A DNA stretch of 64,000 nt, from contig NW_021833044.1 in the NCBI RefSeq assembly GCF_006345805.1, positions 1 through 64,000 on the forward strand. The letters run 5' to 3'. The notes under the pieces were generated by a model, which worked only from the letters and a program-made list of their open reading frames with translations, was not told where the DNA came from and made no database searches. This document shows positions 1 to 14,503 of the stretch, in pieces. The stretch comes from Octopus sinensis. Its lineage: Eukaryota. The translations under genes and the position numbers were made by a program. Every line of letters begins with the position of its first letter. Position 1 is the stretch's first letter.

Positions 1-787
1 TGAAGAGAAATATGGCAACAGAATGAAAGCGATGTGTTTTCATTATTTCGTGCAAGTTTGAGCCACGATTTAGCTCGAAGCACATTTGAAACATTTGGTT
101 TTGCTTAACGCTTACAAGTTACTCTCTCTGTAAGATTTCAGATTATAAGCCATTTTTACTTGACTTATTTATTATATAAAATATTTTCCTAACTGACGTG
201 AGTGATGGTCAGATCATGAAATTTTGATTTTAAACACTGAAATTTATAAGCTTAGTGAGAAAATTATGGGATTTCGACTTATAAACGGAGACAATTACAC
301 CTAACCTCATAATAACAAAATTCGCCAAAAAATATAAGAATCGGTCAGCAAATATATTTACTATGAATTTATGATTTAACCATTACCTAAAATTTACTAT
401 GTCTCATATTTTAAATGATTCTTCTTAGACAAAAACATATTTGCCATCTACTTAATACGGGGAAGACAAGATCTCCCATGAGGCATTAATTTAATTGGAA
501 GATTATAGCTGAGAGATTCTATGTAAATAATATTAGTTTGTAAGATAGGTGTAATAACTCTTTCCTTTGTTTACATGTCTATCGTTCAATATGTTTGCAC
601 ACGATCTCAGAATATTATTTGACATTAATTCTTACAATTTTTTACTTTGTTAATCGATCTAGAGAACTGGTAAAACATCTAACCAGCCAGGAACCCACCT
701 ATCCAGTTGTGTGCACATTATAATTATAATGTATTTGCATATGTACGTATGTATGTACGCAACTATCTATGTACAAACGCACACACA

Positions 788-831
<44 letters not shown>

Positions 832-992
832 CACGTATGTATGTATATTGTTGAGGTCATAGGAATTTTAAAATTTTCGAGAGAACGAGAAATAATTCTT
901 TGTTGGAATATCTCGAAGCACTCACATACATCTAATTTATAATAGCGCCTGAATATTGAGTGAGAAGACACTTGGGCAACCTTCCACTTTTC

Positions 993-1078
<86 letters not shown>

Positions 1079-1152
1079 GTCTGTCTATATGTCTATATAT
1101 CTATCTATTTATATATCGATCTATCTATCTATCTACCTCTCTCTCTCTCTCC

Positions 1153-1186
<34 letters not shown>
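993..1186. repeat. (TATC)n microsatellite
   Basis: Direct tetranucleotide array; source of the IYLS and SIYL ORFs at 956-1249. Confidence 0.95.
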
Positions 1187-1361
1187 GGTGACGTAAAAAT
1201 TGTAAAGTGTATATCCGTAATACGTTTCACATGGCGCAGCATTACCTAATATAGAACACAAAGTCGATAAATATATTTATTATACCAAATCTGATAAGTT
1301 ACACTATGATAATTGGGACTTGGCTTGCATATTTACAACACTAGCTAGGCACAGCGGCGCC

Positions 1362-1401
<40 letters not shown>

Positions 1402-1511
1402 CACACACTTACATGCATATATGCGGCAGAGCTGTTTTTACTAACGCATTGTAATGAAAAGCAGTGCCTTGTCCTTGTTCAATTTTCTTCACCTTTTCCT
1501 GTAATATATAT

Positions 1512-1565
<54 letters not shown>

Positions 1566-3316
1566 GTATGATGCTATGGCCAAAACGTATCACTGTATCT
1601 ACAAGACTTCGTCTATACATATCGTTGTTTTAATCGCAAACATGGCTTATCTTAATAACTTAAATGTCTCCGCCCAAGGTAGAACAATAACCGTCTAATC
1701 TACATATTCTTAGCTAAGCTTCTTTCGCTTATGAACAGCTAATATTCCTGTCTGTGTGATCACGAAAAATATTGTGCTGCACCAAGAGCACCGTCTCCAT
1801 TATTACTAACAGATCACGCCGGAAAGAGGATTCTATAAATTACAGGATGTCACCAATAATATTCTTCCATTCTCGAGAGCCATGTCGTGTTGTACATTGC
1901 GAACAACTCTGCTGCAAGTACACAGCACACCCGTGCAATAGTGTCAACCGTCATGGCTGACAAAAGTGTTGGGGTTTCCAATCCTCCCAATCCCTCAAGC
2001 CTATGAACAAATCCCTAAATCAAGTTAGACATCAGTAGCTTCGTCGTGTGTCCACATGGTTTAATTCTGTCAAGCGTGATTTTAAGCTTTGTTTTTTGGT
2101 GGTATAACACTAGTGTTAAAGTTTCCTCAGCACAATTTAATATGTTTCCCCTACGATGATTTCAATAAATTGTTCATTAATTCAAGAGTTCTGCGAAAAT
2201 TCCTGAGTTTTTGACTTACGTCTAGTTATATTTCGGCCCAAATCCTTTTTTTCTTTTTTAATCTCTTATCGGCAACGAGTAACCAATTGAAATTCAAGTA
2301 CTAGGACCAATAATTCGTCTATCCACAAAGCTGTGATTGTCTTCTTCTGAAAGTAAGATATGAGAGATATCTTGCTACTGGTGTCCTCCCATTGCGCTCA
2401 GCCCCGGTGTAGAAGTTTTAAGTTAACGATTATTAATGACGATCTTGTTAAGCTATCAGACCTTTCGAATATAAAAATATCTTAAGCCATGCCACTTCCA
2501 TTTTTAAGACAAAATGCATTTTCAGTAAGATTTGACTGATATCTCTAACAGGAGAACTGAACCCGTAGTGGGATACTAATTTTTTCTCATATCTAATGAA
2601 AATCCCTTCCCTAGCTTCCTTCCAAAGTTACGTCTGTCATTTAGCGAAAAGAGATTGATTTGAAGTAATTAGGCAACTCACGAATTGAAAGCGGCTACTG
2701 GTAACCATGTAGTATAGGCCTAACTCATCGTAAAGTAAATACCACCATGACCGATAATCAAACTACAGAGGAGAAGGCTAGCCACTGGATTTAGTTAAAA
2801 AGAGACGATGAGCGATGGCTAGAGGAATATTTAGCTTTATTTAATAACCAGTTGATCTAGCAAGCGGGGGCTCATATCGGTGCGCAATGATGCCGTCGAG
2901 GGGTAGGCCCCGAAACGGCGCGCATTCTGTCCTGAGGACTCTATACACTTGCTGGCTTCCAGTATGCAGAGTTCTTGACTGGTAGCGCTTGCATGTGCTA
3001 GTTGTTTGCAAAATATCAAGTGGACAGTGACTAAGCCTTCCCTAAGTCATTGGGTAACAAGGGAAAATGCTGTGTGGGCACCTATCGGGATTAGGAAGAA
3101 AGAAAAGAAAAATTACGCATGTGAAAGGCGGTTGAGGTCATTGACAGCCAATACACTCATGTCTTTGAGAGCTGATGGTCAGTGCCAGTATTACCGTAAC
3201 CAAGAAACCACTTACACTGAAGGTATATCAATACGTCACCTTACACCCTGGGTAGTTCCAATATGGGTTTCTATAGAGAAAGTCATAGAACGAGACAAAT
3301 TGAAAATATCTATCAT

Positions 3317-3495
3317 CTTTTATGTTTTACTTGTTTCAGTCAGTGGACTGCGACCATGCTGGGGCAAAGACTTGTACGGTTTAGTCGAACAAATCGTCCC
3401 CAGTAATTATCTTTAAACATGGAAATTATTCTATGGGTATCTTTCGCTAAACCACTGAGTTATGGGTCTGTAAACAACCCACACTTGTTGTCAAG
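3317..3495 (-). mobile_element. Degenerate 3' half of SINE family S1
   Basis: Diverged match to the adjacent 3511-3700 tail (ttttacttgtttcagtca...gcgaccatgctggggca...tagtcgaacaaatcg). Confidence 0.7.
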
Positions 3496-3510
3496 AAACA
3501 CATACACATA

Positions 3511-3925
3511 CTCTTTACTCTCTTTTACTCTTTTACTTGTTCAGTCATTTGATTGCGGCCATGCCGGAGCACCGCTTTTAGTCGAGCAAATCGACCCCGG
3601 GACTTATTCTTTGTAAGCCCAGTACTTATTCTATCGGTCTCTTTTGCCGAACCACTAAGTGACGGTGACGTAAACACACCAGCATCGGTTGTCAAGCAAT
3701 GCTAGGGGGACAAACACAAACACACAAACATATACACACCCACTTATATATATACATATATACGACAGGCTTCTTTCAGTTTCCGTCTACCAAATCCACT
3801 TACAAGGCATTGGTCGGCCCGGGGCTATAGCAGAAGACACTTGCCCAAGATGCCACGCAGTGTGCCTGAACCCGGAACCATGTGGTTGGTTAGCAAGCTA
3901 CTTACCACACAGCTACTCCTGCGCC
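3511..3925 (-). mobile_element. Full-length tRNA-headed SINE, family S1
   Basis: Reverse complement begins GGCGCAGGAGTAGCTGTGTGGTAAGTAGCTTGCTAACCAACCACATGGTTCCGGGTTCAGG (A/B-box-like head) and ends in GTAAAAGAG repeats; homologous copies at 47314 and 63849. Confidence 0.9.
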
Positions 3926-4014
3926 TATACATATGCATACATACATATGCATACATACATACATACACACACATATGTATGTATGTAAAATATATGCAAG
4001 TATGTATGTATCTT

Positions 4015-4054
<40 letters not shown>

Positions 4055-4119
4055 TATATTATATATATATTATATATATGTGGTGTGTGTGTTTGTAATA
4101 TATATATACAAACACATAA

Positions 4120-4265
4120 CTGGCATCTTTCAGCTTCCATCTACCAAATCCACTCATACATCGTTGGTCAGGCAACACTTGCCGAAGACACCACGCAGTG
4201 GGCCGGCCTAAACCGAAGACCATATGGAAGAAAGGCAATTTTTTTACCGCACAACTGTGCATGCG
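4120..4265 (-). mobile_element. Degenerate S1 SINE 5' part
   Basis: tctttcagcttccatctaccaaatccactc...acacttgccgaagacaccacgcagtggg matches the S1 head and central region. Confidence 0.7.
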
Positions 4266-4479
4266 ACTGTTTGTAAGACGGAAAACTAGTCTAGTGCGCC
4301 AACAGTAGAGATGTTATGGGAACGACTTTGTTTTGATACCTCTGGACAGTGAGTCATTGGACAGTGAAAGAATGGTCTGAGCAAGAACAGACATTGAGGT
4401 TTGGCAAAACTACCAACATATCTAATTCAGCCGTCTGCATCATTTTAAATACACCTGATTTCGATAAAACTGGATTAAA

Positions 4480-5030
4480 CACGCAAATAAACACACACAT
4501 ACACGTACATATTCACCCATCTTTTATACACACTCATACACACATACTAGCACTAACACACAAACACACATACACGCATACTCAATATATATAATCGTAC
4601 TCACAAATGCACACACACACAAACACACACACACACACACACACGCAAATACATGTATTCAATATACAAAAATTCACTGACACACACACACAAAACATAC
4701 ACGCCCATATATATAATTCAAGGTACACACTTGCACACATAATGAAACAGTCTTACACACACACATGCAAAATTCAGACGGAAACATAAACACACGCACA
4801 TACACATACTCAGGTACAAACACACACAAGCACATGCACACACACACACAATCAAACACACACGCATAAACACACAAAACCACACACACACACACGTTCT
4901 GATACGGTCAAGCAAAGATACACGAACACATTTACTCAACACACAATCGAACACACACATAGACAGCCACACACAGATACAAACACACTGTCTCACACTC
5001 ATACATACAAACATTTAAAGATCACACACA
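4480..5030. repeat. Degenerate CA-rich simple repeat tract
   Basis: Interrupted (CA)n and (CACAAA)n; gives spurious HTHT and CVCV ORFs. Confidence 0.85.
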
Positions 5031-5670
5031 CATATTCTATAAATATAATGGCAGTCACTCACACGCGTAATACACAAACACATAGAAAAGTAACAGAATT
5101 AAAATCTTATGACTTATAATAAAGCAACCGAATCATCTTGCTGAAAGTTTCTTGAGAATTTCAATAACTAAAATGGCGGAACACTTTTTGTCTGCGACTT
5201 CCATTTCCGATAACTTAGACCGTTGTCAAGTCTGTCTCAAAGATATTTCTATAACCACATGTTGTATATTAAAACATTTACTCACACAAACATGTTTTCG
5301 CATATCGATATGGTGGGGTGCATTGTGAAATTGTAGAATTGTTTGTTTAAGGAAATAAGCGTGTCCTGTGCGTGTTCATGTAAATCACGCTCTGATATTC
5401 GGCCGTTATAAATGAGTATGTGTTAGAGTGTGTGTGTGTTTGTTTCACTGTGTGTGAGTATAGATAGATAGATAGATTCACATACACATACACTCACATA
5501 CACATGAACATATGCGCGCGCACACATACACACACACAAACAGACACACACAAACACACATTCGTCTGAATATCAACGTATATCTCTCTATATTAAAAAA
5601 AATCCACAGACATTTACATATACACATGCATTCATATACACATAATTATGTATATACATACATATATACA

Positions 5671-5706
<36 letters not shown>

Positions 5707-5951
5707 TATACACACATAAACATATGTATATATATATAGTATATAGTATCTATGTACATATATAAGTATATATATATATATGTATATATATTGTATATAT
5801 ATATATGCTAATATATATATATGTGTGTGTGTGTGTGTGTTTTTGTGTGTAAGTGTGAGTGTGTGTCTGTATGTGTGACTCTAGGTACTAATGTGTCTCA
5901 CTCATACATATGTATAATATATATATATATATAAATATATAATATATATAC

Positions 5952-6024
<73 letters not shown>

Positions 6025-6027
6025 CAT

Positions 6028-6076
<49 letters not shown>

Positions 6077-6455
6077 GTATACATATATATATACATATAT
6101 GAGATGAGAAAAGATACATAGATGCATAGATTCGCAGACACAAACACACACGAAGAAATATTTATAGAGATATAAATATTTCTTAAATTTTTCATTGTAT
6201 TGATCTATTCGAACACCTTTGGGCCAGCTGTCCACTCCACAACATCATTCTACTATCTCGACTATTCATGAATATAGCTAAGACTGGCTAAGTCCACCTC
6301 TGCAATCCTCTCTCCACCAGGCTTTCGTAACAAGTTATCGCACCCCTCTCACTTATCCGGCGCATTTGTAGTTCTCCCAAAATCTCTGTTTTCTCTAAGT
6401 ATGTATTTATGCGTATGTGCTTGTGTGTGTGTGTGTGCGTGTGTATGTGTTTGTG

Positions 6456-6537
<82 letters not shown>

Positions 6538-6781
6538 GATAGATATAGATAGATAGATAGATAGATAGATACACATATATAAATGTAGTTATATATACGT
6601 GTATATAGCTACGCATTTACGCCCGTGTATATGTATCTGTACCTTTATATATATATATATTTATATGATTTAGCTATATACGCACACACACACTCATATA
6701 TATATATACACATATATACATATATACGCGCGCACACACACATATATATATATATATATTTACATGTGTATATATGTGTTC

Positions 6782-6832
<51 letters not shown>

Positions 6833-7505
6833 TGCATATATGTATGTATCTGTCTGTGTGTCGGTCTGTCACTCTCTATCTACTTACCCATCTATCTATC
6901 TATCTATCTATGTATCTATCTATCTATCTATCTATCTATCTTCTATCTATCTATCTATCTATCAATATATATATATATAGACATATATATCTATGCGCAT
7001 ATATATCTATGCGCATATATATACACATATATATGTGTAAAAGTAATTCTAGTTGTAGGTTTTATTCCAGACAGTTTCACTATACATGTATCTCCTCGTT
7101 TTCAAATATCTTTATCGATTTTACTAAGCAAGGGGTCATTTATTATTAATTTTTAATTTAATACCGGATATCCGCCATTATTAGACAACTCTGTAAAATG
7201 AATAACTTCAATTCTTCACACATATTCTTGCCTAATGGATAAACATGAGTTTTCTGTTCTTCTTGGAGTATAAATTGCTATGATTGTGCGTGTGCGTGTG
7301 TCTGTGTGTGAGTGTGTGCGTGTTCTGAATGTGCGAGGTTGTCTATGTTTGTCTATGTTTGTGAATGAGAGTGTACGTGCATGTAAACCCAGAGTGCGAA
7401 TGGGTCTATGCGTGTCACTATGTGTGTGACTCTGTGTGTTTGTGTCCGATTTTGGGTGTTATCTTTGTTTAAAATAAAAACTCTTTATTCCATCACATGT
7501 GTATG

Positions 7506-7594
<89 letters not shown>

Positions 7595-7597
7595 GCC

Positions 7598-7660
7598 AGA
7601 TAACCGAAGAGATGGTGTTGTGGATTTCCACTTCGGCATCTGAAACTCAGAGTTTTATCT
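7598..7660 (+). ncRNA. Type I hammerhead ribozyme fold with CCGAAGA core, solo in microsatellite
   Basis: Stem I AGATAA/TTATCT; core CCGAAGA (7604-7610); stem II GATG...CATC with inner GTGG/CCAC and one extra T; GAAAC; stem III AC-TCAGA-GT; predicted GUU site at 7654. Confidence 0.65.
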
Positions 7661-7704
7661 TGACTATTGAGTAATGTAACATATTATTTATATATTATAT
7701 ATAT

Positions 7705-7749
<45 letters not shown>

Positions 7750-7890
7750 TATATATATATAATATATATATATATATGTGTGTGTGTGAGCGCGCGTGTG
7801 TGCCGTACGTGTGCATGTGTTTATGTGTATGTTTATTTGTAATATGCATATACACCTCTCCTCTATCTCTCTCCTTCTCTCTCTCTCTCC

Positions 7891-7923
<33 letters not shown>

Positions 7924-8086
7924 CATATCCATAAATATATATATCTACATACACATATATATATATATATGCAGATATTTTCATATAGATATATAATTTG
8001 CTAATATATATATATGTTTATGTGAATGTATATATGTGCATATGTATAGGTATGTATGTATATATGTAAACGTATATTATATGTAT

Positions 8087-8159
<73 letters not shown>

Positions 8160-8378
8160 TCCGACATGGACGGACGCTAGTCAAATCGGCTCCACGTAAG
8201 TTGGCCACTTTTACATGTTTAAAACTCCTTGTCAAATATTTTGTTTTAATCGTTGTGCAAGTTCATTCACTAAAAAACCTGAGAATTATTCACGTAGAAT
8301 TCCGCCCCTGTATGGGCGAAATTACCAAAAACTTTCAAAACTTTCGTGGGCTCCTTGTAGCCATTTTTCATTTTGAAA

Positions 8379-10330
8379 ATGGCAACTATAAACCACGTTG
8401 CTGCCCGCCAGTCATGCGGAACGGTAGCGAAACACTATTGCTACCACTAGCTGCTAAACCTCGCAGCTTGAACACTGCTGTAACTACCACTACCACCACC
8501 CTACCACCAACAACAACAACAAAACTAATGTCGCAAGACCATTCACCATCGCCGCGACCAAAGACATTAACTTAGATTTCCCCCCACTCCCTACACCACT
8601 TGTCGATGATAAAAGGACGGAGAAAGGGATTTCAAAAACGAATACAGACGAAAACATGAATGCCAGCACCACCACCATCACCACCACCAACAACAACAAC
8701 GAAATCAGCACAAAGCCACCTACCAAAGACAACACCGCCAACACCAACACCACTACCACGACTTCAACTGCTACAACTAACCCTTCTGCTGCTAACACCG
8801 CCAAAATCAAAACGAATTTCCCGGATGCGACAAAACAAAAACGAACAATCGTAAAATTCACCACAAAAGAAATAAACCTCACAAAAGCACTCTTCACCAA
8901 AGAAGGAGACAAATTGCATCTTCACATTCCACAACACATCGTGGAAAACACACACAAAAAAACAATAATCTACAAAATAATAAATAAGAAAACAAGACGA
9001 CCAGAAAATGCACCGCAGGAAAAAATTGAAAAATGCCTTCGTCCTGCATGGGACTGCAAGGAGTATATCGTTGGGGAAAAAAATTTGGTACAGTCCAAGT
9101 ACATTTCCTCAACGAAAATTTAGCAAAACGATTTTCCACATTGGAGCTGCATTCAGACGACTTGGTAATGATACCAATCTATTTAAACGAGAGAGTGACG
9201 AAAGTCCAAATAAAAAATGTACCCCCTGAAGTCGAAAAACAATGGTTAGTCTCGGCCATCTGCTTTGAAATGGCAGAGACAATGGCAGAGACAAACATCC
9301 TTGAAATCGCCGTTCTAGGAGAGAAAGACTATGTGGGAAAATCAATCCAATTCCTTCTTCAATTGGATGAAACAGCAAGAGAAAAGATACCCATCACTAT
9401 AGAACTGCCAGGAGGCTACAAACTTTATGTAGTGGTAGAGGGCAGGCGACCACGTTGCTATTTGTGTGGAAGCGAAATACACTTGAAAAAGACGTGCCCA
9501 ACCACTGCACACCAAGAGCAACAACAACAACCACTACCACAACCAAAACACTCCGGAAAAAAGCTCTACTACCCACACCACCATCAACACAGAAGACGAC
9601 AAGAGAAGCACACCAAGCTAATCTGTCAACAACCAAAAATTACTCAACACCTGAGAAAATACCAACACCACCAACAACAGCAAGAACCAAAGGAACAGAA
9701 AAACAAAGAAAATACACAAAAACTGATTCCCCATCCCTTATACCGCACTCACCACACACAAACACTCAACAACCAACAGCAACGAAAACAACAGCACAAC
9801 CACTTACACAGACATACATAGAAGCCTACAACATACCCCTACCCCCTACTGATTCCTCAGAAAATTCGTCGGAAGACGAAACCAGTGAGAAATGGCAAAT
9901 AGCTAGAAAAAGAGGGAAAATAAAGAGCAGAAACACAACCAAACCAAATGCAAACACAAACAAAGCAGGGGGAAATACATCTCCCGAAGACATTTCAAAA
10001 CCCAACACAAACAACAGCCTCAACAACATCACAAAAATATATACAGCAAACATGCTCACAGCTATAGACACCAAAAACACAAATCTGATGGAATACATCA
10101 AATCAAAAACAAACATAACAGAAGATAACGTAAAAACAAACAATCACCCATACACAACACCACCAGACCACATCAAAACATTACACATCTCCAAAAGTCT
10201 GCACCACACACTCAAAGGCATTTTCCCCAGTGCGGTTGGTAAATGCCAAAAATATCTCACAAAGAAACCGTACTGGGATCTCCTCGAGGACAAACCAAAG
10301 GAGGAAAAAGCAAAAACTTTCGAGCAGTAA
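8379..10330 (+). pseudogene. Tx1 ORF1 (gag-like), frameshifted
   Basis: Pieces 8656-9123, 9033-9821 and 9455-10330; CX2CX4HX4C knuckle CYLCGSEIHLKKTC after VVVEGRRPR; Thr/Pro-rich ends; homologous to 15101-15826. Confidence 0.85.
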
Positions 10331-10374
10331 GTAACCCTCTGTTCCTTTCACTTGTATTCTAATTCATTAGGATT

Positions 10375-13300
10375 ATGATCAAGATTGTTTGTGTAAATGC
10401 GCGTGGCTTGGGGTCCCCTTGGAAACAAGGGTACCTCTTAAATGACATAAAGTCACATAAGTTAGAAATCATAGCCACAAGTGAGACCAGACTCCACAAT
10501 CCGCGGGCCCTAAAGACCATATTTGGCGGACAGTTCAACATTTATTTTTCCCCCTGTCTGCTAAGAATGGGCGGTAGTGGCACCGCGGTACTTTTTCGCA
10601 AGAGTCTGGATCTCAAAGTAAAGACAATATTCGTAGACCCGGAGGGTAGACTGGTCGTCCTGGATGTCGACGGCAGCAATGGTTGCACTTTTCGACTCGT
10701 ATCAGTCTACGCACCGCCCTTAACAGGTCGGGCGGATTTCTTTCAACGTCTAGAAGTATTCTTGGGAACGTCTCGTCCTTTACTCTTAGTGGGGGATTGG
10801 AATGCTACCTTGGACACGCATGTAGACTACGTGGGTAGAGATAGGAATAGACGGGCATGCAAATGCCTCAGAGACCTGCTCAGACGCTTTCAACTGTCTG
10901 ACAGGTTCCGACTAGACCACCCGAATGCGCCAACGTGGACATGGAGCAACCGCATCGGGTCGTCGAGATCGTATCTAGATAGGATACTGTGTAGGACAGT
11001 GGATAGAGATAGCATAGGATGTCCACAATTCCACATAGTCAGCTACACGGAACACAAACTTGTGACATGTACGCTAGACTTAGGTAAGACACTTAGGCAG
11101 GGTCCCGGATACTGGAAACTAAACGCGTCTTTCCCATCGAGACAGGTTTTCAGAGACCAGATTAGCACACTAGTAAAGAGGGCTTTGACGGGAACCATCA
11201 TCAACAACAAATGGAGGCTTGCTCTCAAGAGAGCAGTAAAAGAAGAAGCGATTAGGTACAGCAAAGCACTAGCCATAGATAGAAATAGAGTAGAGAGTGA
11301 GCTAGTTAAAAAGCTAGAAGAGGCAATTAGAAGCGGCATCGCATCCGACGTTTTGGCGGCGAGGTTGGCCCTTGACCAACACTTCAACGCCAAACACGAA
11401 GGGTGTGTTGTCAGAGCTAGGATTCGTGCTCTAAGGAACGAAGGTGTTGGAGCCGCGAGAGAGGCCCGGGTGGCAGAGGCGCAACAGAGCAACAAAGCCA
11501 CCATTCGGTCTCTGGTAGATGAACAGGGGCGCGAATTGATCGAGCCAAGTAAAATGTGTGAGGCCTTTCAACAGCATTTTGCCCGACTGTTCGGGACGAG
11601 TGGCGGGCAAGAACGTAGGGTGGACTTCAGTGCCTACCTACACAGCCTACCACGACTCTCGACAAGAGAGGCAGGGTGCTGCGAAGGTGCTATCACGGCG
11701 GCGGAAGTGAAGGACGCGGTGGCAGAATGCTCGAGGGACAAATCGCCGGGTTTGGATGGTCTACCCTACGAGCTTTACAGTTGTATGCCAGACTTGTTTG
11801 GAGACGTCTTGGCAGCGGTGTACTGCAACTGGCAGCAAAACGGGAGCATTCCTGGTTTTGTGGGCCGAGGAGCCGTAACACTGCCGAGGAAAGATCTAAA
11901 TAAGGGAAATGTAATAGATAACTTTAGGCCCATCACTCTGCTTAATGCAGACTTGAAAATTTTGGCCAAGGTGTTAGCCAAGAGGTTGACACTTGTCATC
12001 GAGAAACTGGTCGACAAGGCACAAACGTGCGCCGTGCCGGGCCGGACCATCCATGACAACCTCCACCTGATGCGCTACATCATAGACAGGGTAGTTAACG
12101 AACCTGGCATGGGTGGGGCGCTGATCAATTTGGATCAATCGAAAGCTTTCGATAGGGCAGACCATCGATACTTGGAGGCAGTCCTCAGAGCAGCTGGCTT
12201 CGGTCCCGTCTTCCGCGGCTGGATAGCCGCTTTGTTCGGTAATTCCGTTCGGTAATTCGCGTAAATGGACATCTATCGAGACCTTTCGACATCGCACGTT
12301 CGGTCCGTCAGGGATGCCCCCTCTCGTCGCTTCTATACGTATTGACTCTCGAACCACTATTGCGGAAGCTGGCAACTCTGAGGGGCATCCCGCGAGGACT
12401 GGAATGCGGGACGAGCTTGTCTGCATACGCGGACGACGTCACCGTCATAGTGTCTAACCACGAGCACATCGAGCAGGTCGGCGAGACACTGAAAAACTAC
12501 GAAGCGGTGACAGGAGTAAAAATCAACCGGGAAAAGTCAGTGGGCTTGCGACTAGGCACCTGGAGAAGCAAGCCCATGCCGTCCACCAGCGCCTCCGTTG
12601 TGGGACGCTGGACCGACGGTCCGGTTGAGTTGCTCGGGGTCTGGTTCGGTCCGGACCTCCAAATGGAGAAGAACTGGAACGAAATAACGAGTAGGGTGGT
12701 CACTCTCGCCCGGCAATGGGCCGAGAGGAAACTGTCCCTAAAAGGGTCGGGCGTAGGTGGCGAACACGTACATTGCGTCCGTCATCTACTACCGCCTGAC
12801 CGTCGTGCCTTGTCCCGACACTACCATCACCAAACTAGAACGCATTCTCTTTCGCTTCTTGTAGAAAGGATGCGTCCCGATGGTCAGGTGATCCATTTGC
12901 TGTCAACACCCGTTAAAAGGAGGACTGGGCATGCCGTGGTTGATGATGCGCAGACACGCGCTGAGACTGCGACATCTCAGGCTCTTCGTAGACGACGGTG
13001 AACAGGTGTGGTCACCCTTTGTGAGGCACGCTTTCCCGCTGCTCGTCTCCATGACCGAACTGCAATCGTGGATCAAAAAGAGGCCGAGGAAGGGCGAATG
13101 GAACCGCGAGTGTCGCGTTGTTCTCAAGCAACTCTTCCGTCCCGGGTCGACCTTGAGTGACTTCAACACAACCAAAGCATTCTACAGGGGATTAGTGGAG
13201 GGAAGGTACGACGACGATCTTGGGGCAAACCTGGGCGTCGACGAGGAATACCTGACCCGCCTGTTTGAAACGATATTCAGGCCGGGACCTATGGACAACT

Positions 13301-13812
13301 TCCAGAGATCCCTGGCCTGGCAGTGCTATCGAGAAGCGCTACCCGTTCGGGATAAGCTCTACAGACACGGCTCGAGAAACACGGGGCCGACCTGCCCGAG
13401 ATGCAGTCAGAGCTACGAAACCGTTCTGCACGCACTAGTGCAATGTCCCACAATTTTCGACCTGTGGGCTTATGTCGAACAACTGCTGTCATGTGTGGGA
13501 CGAGTCGGTTTATCAGCTGAGTCTATCGTCAATATCGTCACGTCTTCTTCCTTCAAACGGGAAGGAAGAGCTATTTTTATCATACTTGTGGCTATGGCGA
13601 AAGAAAATATCTGGTGGACGCGTCTGAAAGGATTAGAGACAAACACTTTCCTCTCTGGTCAATCTCTCATCAACTACTTCAAGTATCACTTGAAGAGGAA
13701 AGTGAGAGTACAGAGGCAAATGTTGTCTATTGAATGTTTTAAAAAAAGATGGGTGAACGTAGCAGGGATGGAACGTGTGAATGACGAAGCCACCTTGACT
13801 ATGATCCTATGA
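10375..13812 (+). pseudogene. Tx1 ORF2: AP endonuclease plus reverse transcriptase plus zinc-binding domain, frameshifted
   Basis: APE motifs NARGL, SETRL, GDWNA, SYLDR; GPGYWKLN; RT motifs KSPGLDG, FRPITLLNAD, LDQSKAFD, QGCPLS (shifted frame), AYADD; CPRC...ETVLHALVQC; frameshifts near 12240, 12740 and 12850-12900. Confidence 0.95.
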
Positions 13813-14180
13813 ACCGTAAAAATTAATACAGAGAGTTGCTTATTTATAAAAAAATATAACATGTGACTTCATTGACCGAGGTTACTGTGGTCTTTTCCGC
13901 AGGCTTTTCTTTCCACGGTTAAACCTTACCTGTCCTTCCCTTTACACTTTATATTGACATTTCTGTGATAACGATCCCTATTGATCAATTTTTTCCTTTC
14001 CCTTTTTTCCTCCCCCCCCCTTTTTAAAAAAAATTCCCCCTCCCTTTTTTTTGTCCTCTTTCTTTCCTTTTACGATCCCTTTTGATCGAGAACCAAACCC
14101 CCTTTCTTAACCCCAAAAGAAAAGCTCTACCTTGTAATTTGTCCTGTATATGTGCAGCCCTATGTGGCTAATAAAGAAAC

Positions 14181-14181
14181 A

Positions 14182-14280
<99 letters not shown>
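14181..14280. repeat. (TATC)n tract separating the two Tx1 copies
   Basis: About 25 TATC units directly between the copy 1 3' end and the copy 2 5' end. Confidence 0.95.
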
Positions 14281-14503
14281 GTCGACATAGACGGCCGCTA
14301 GTCAAATGGGCTCCACGTAAGTTGGTCATTTTGTACGTTGAAAATTGTTTATTGTCAAATATTTTGTGTTTAAAAGTTGTGCAACAACTTCCACTGCAAA
14401 CCTTGATTAATATCTACACAAAATTTTGCCCTTTGTGGGCAAAATTAAAAAAAAAATTTTCTCATAGCCTTCGTGGTTTCATTTAGCCATTTTATTTTGA
14501 AAA

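Larger units (their letters stand above)
8159..14180 (+). mobile_element. Near full-length Tx1-type (L1 group) non-LTR retrotransposon, copy 1
   Basis: 5' UTR, ORF1 with CCHC knuckle, ORF2 with APE, RT and C-terminal Cys/His motif, pyrimidine-rich 3' UTR ending GCCCTATGTGGCTAATAAAGAAAC, then (TATC)n. Confidence 0.92.

Noticed and set aside
3860-3925. SINE heads as tRNA genes (also 44620-44686 and 63849-63915)
   Set aside because: They continue into SINE bodies and I could not fold complete cloverleaves.
11043-11504. Antisense ORFs over Tx1 ORF2 and PLE ORFs (also 37988-38368, 39967-40326)
   Set aside because: Shadow ORFs of the coding strand with no independent motifs.
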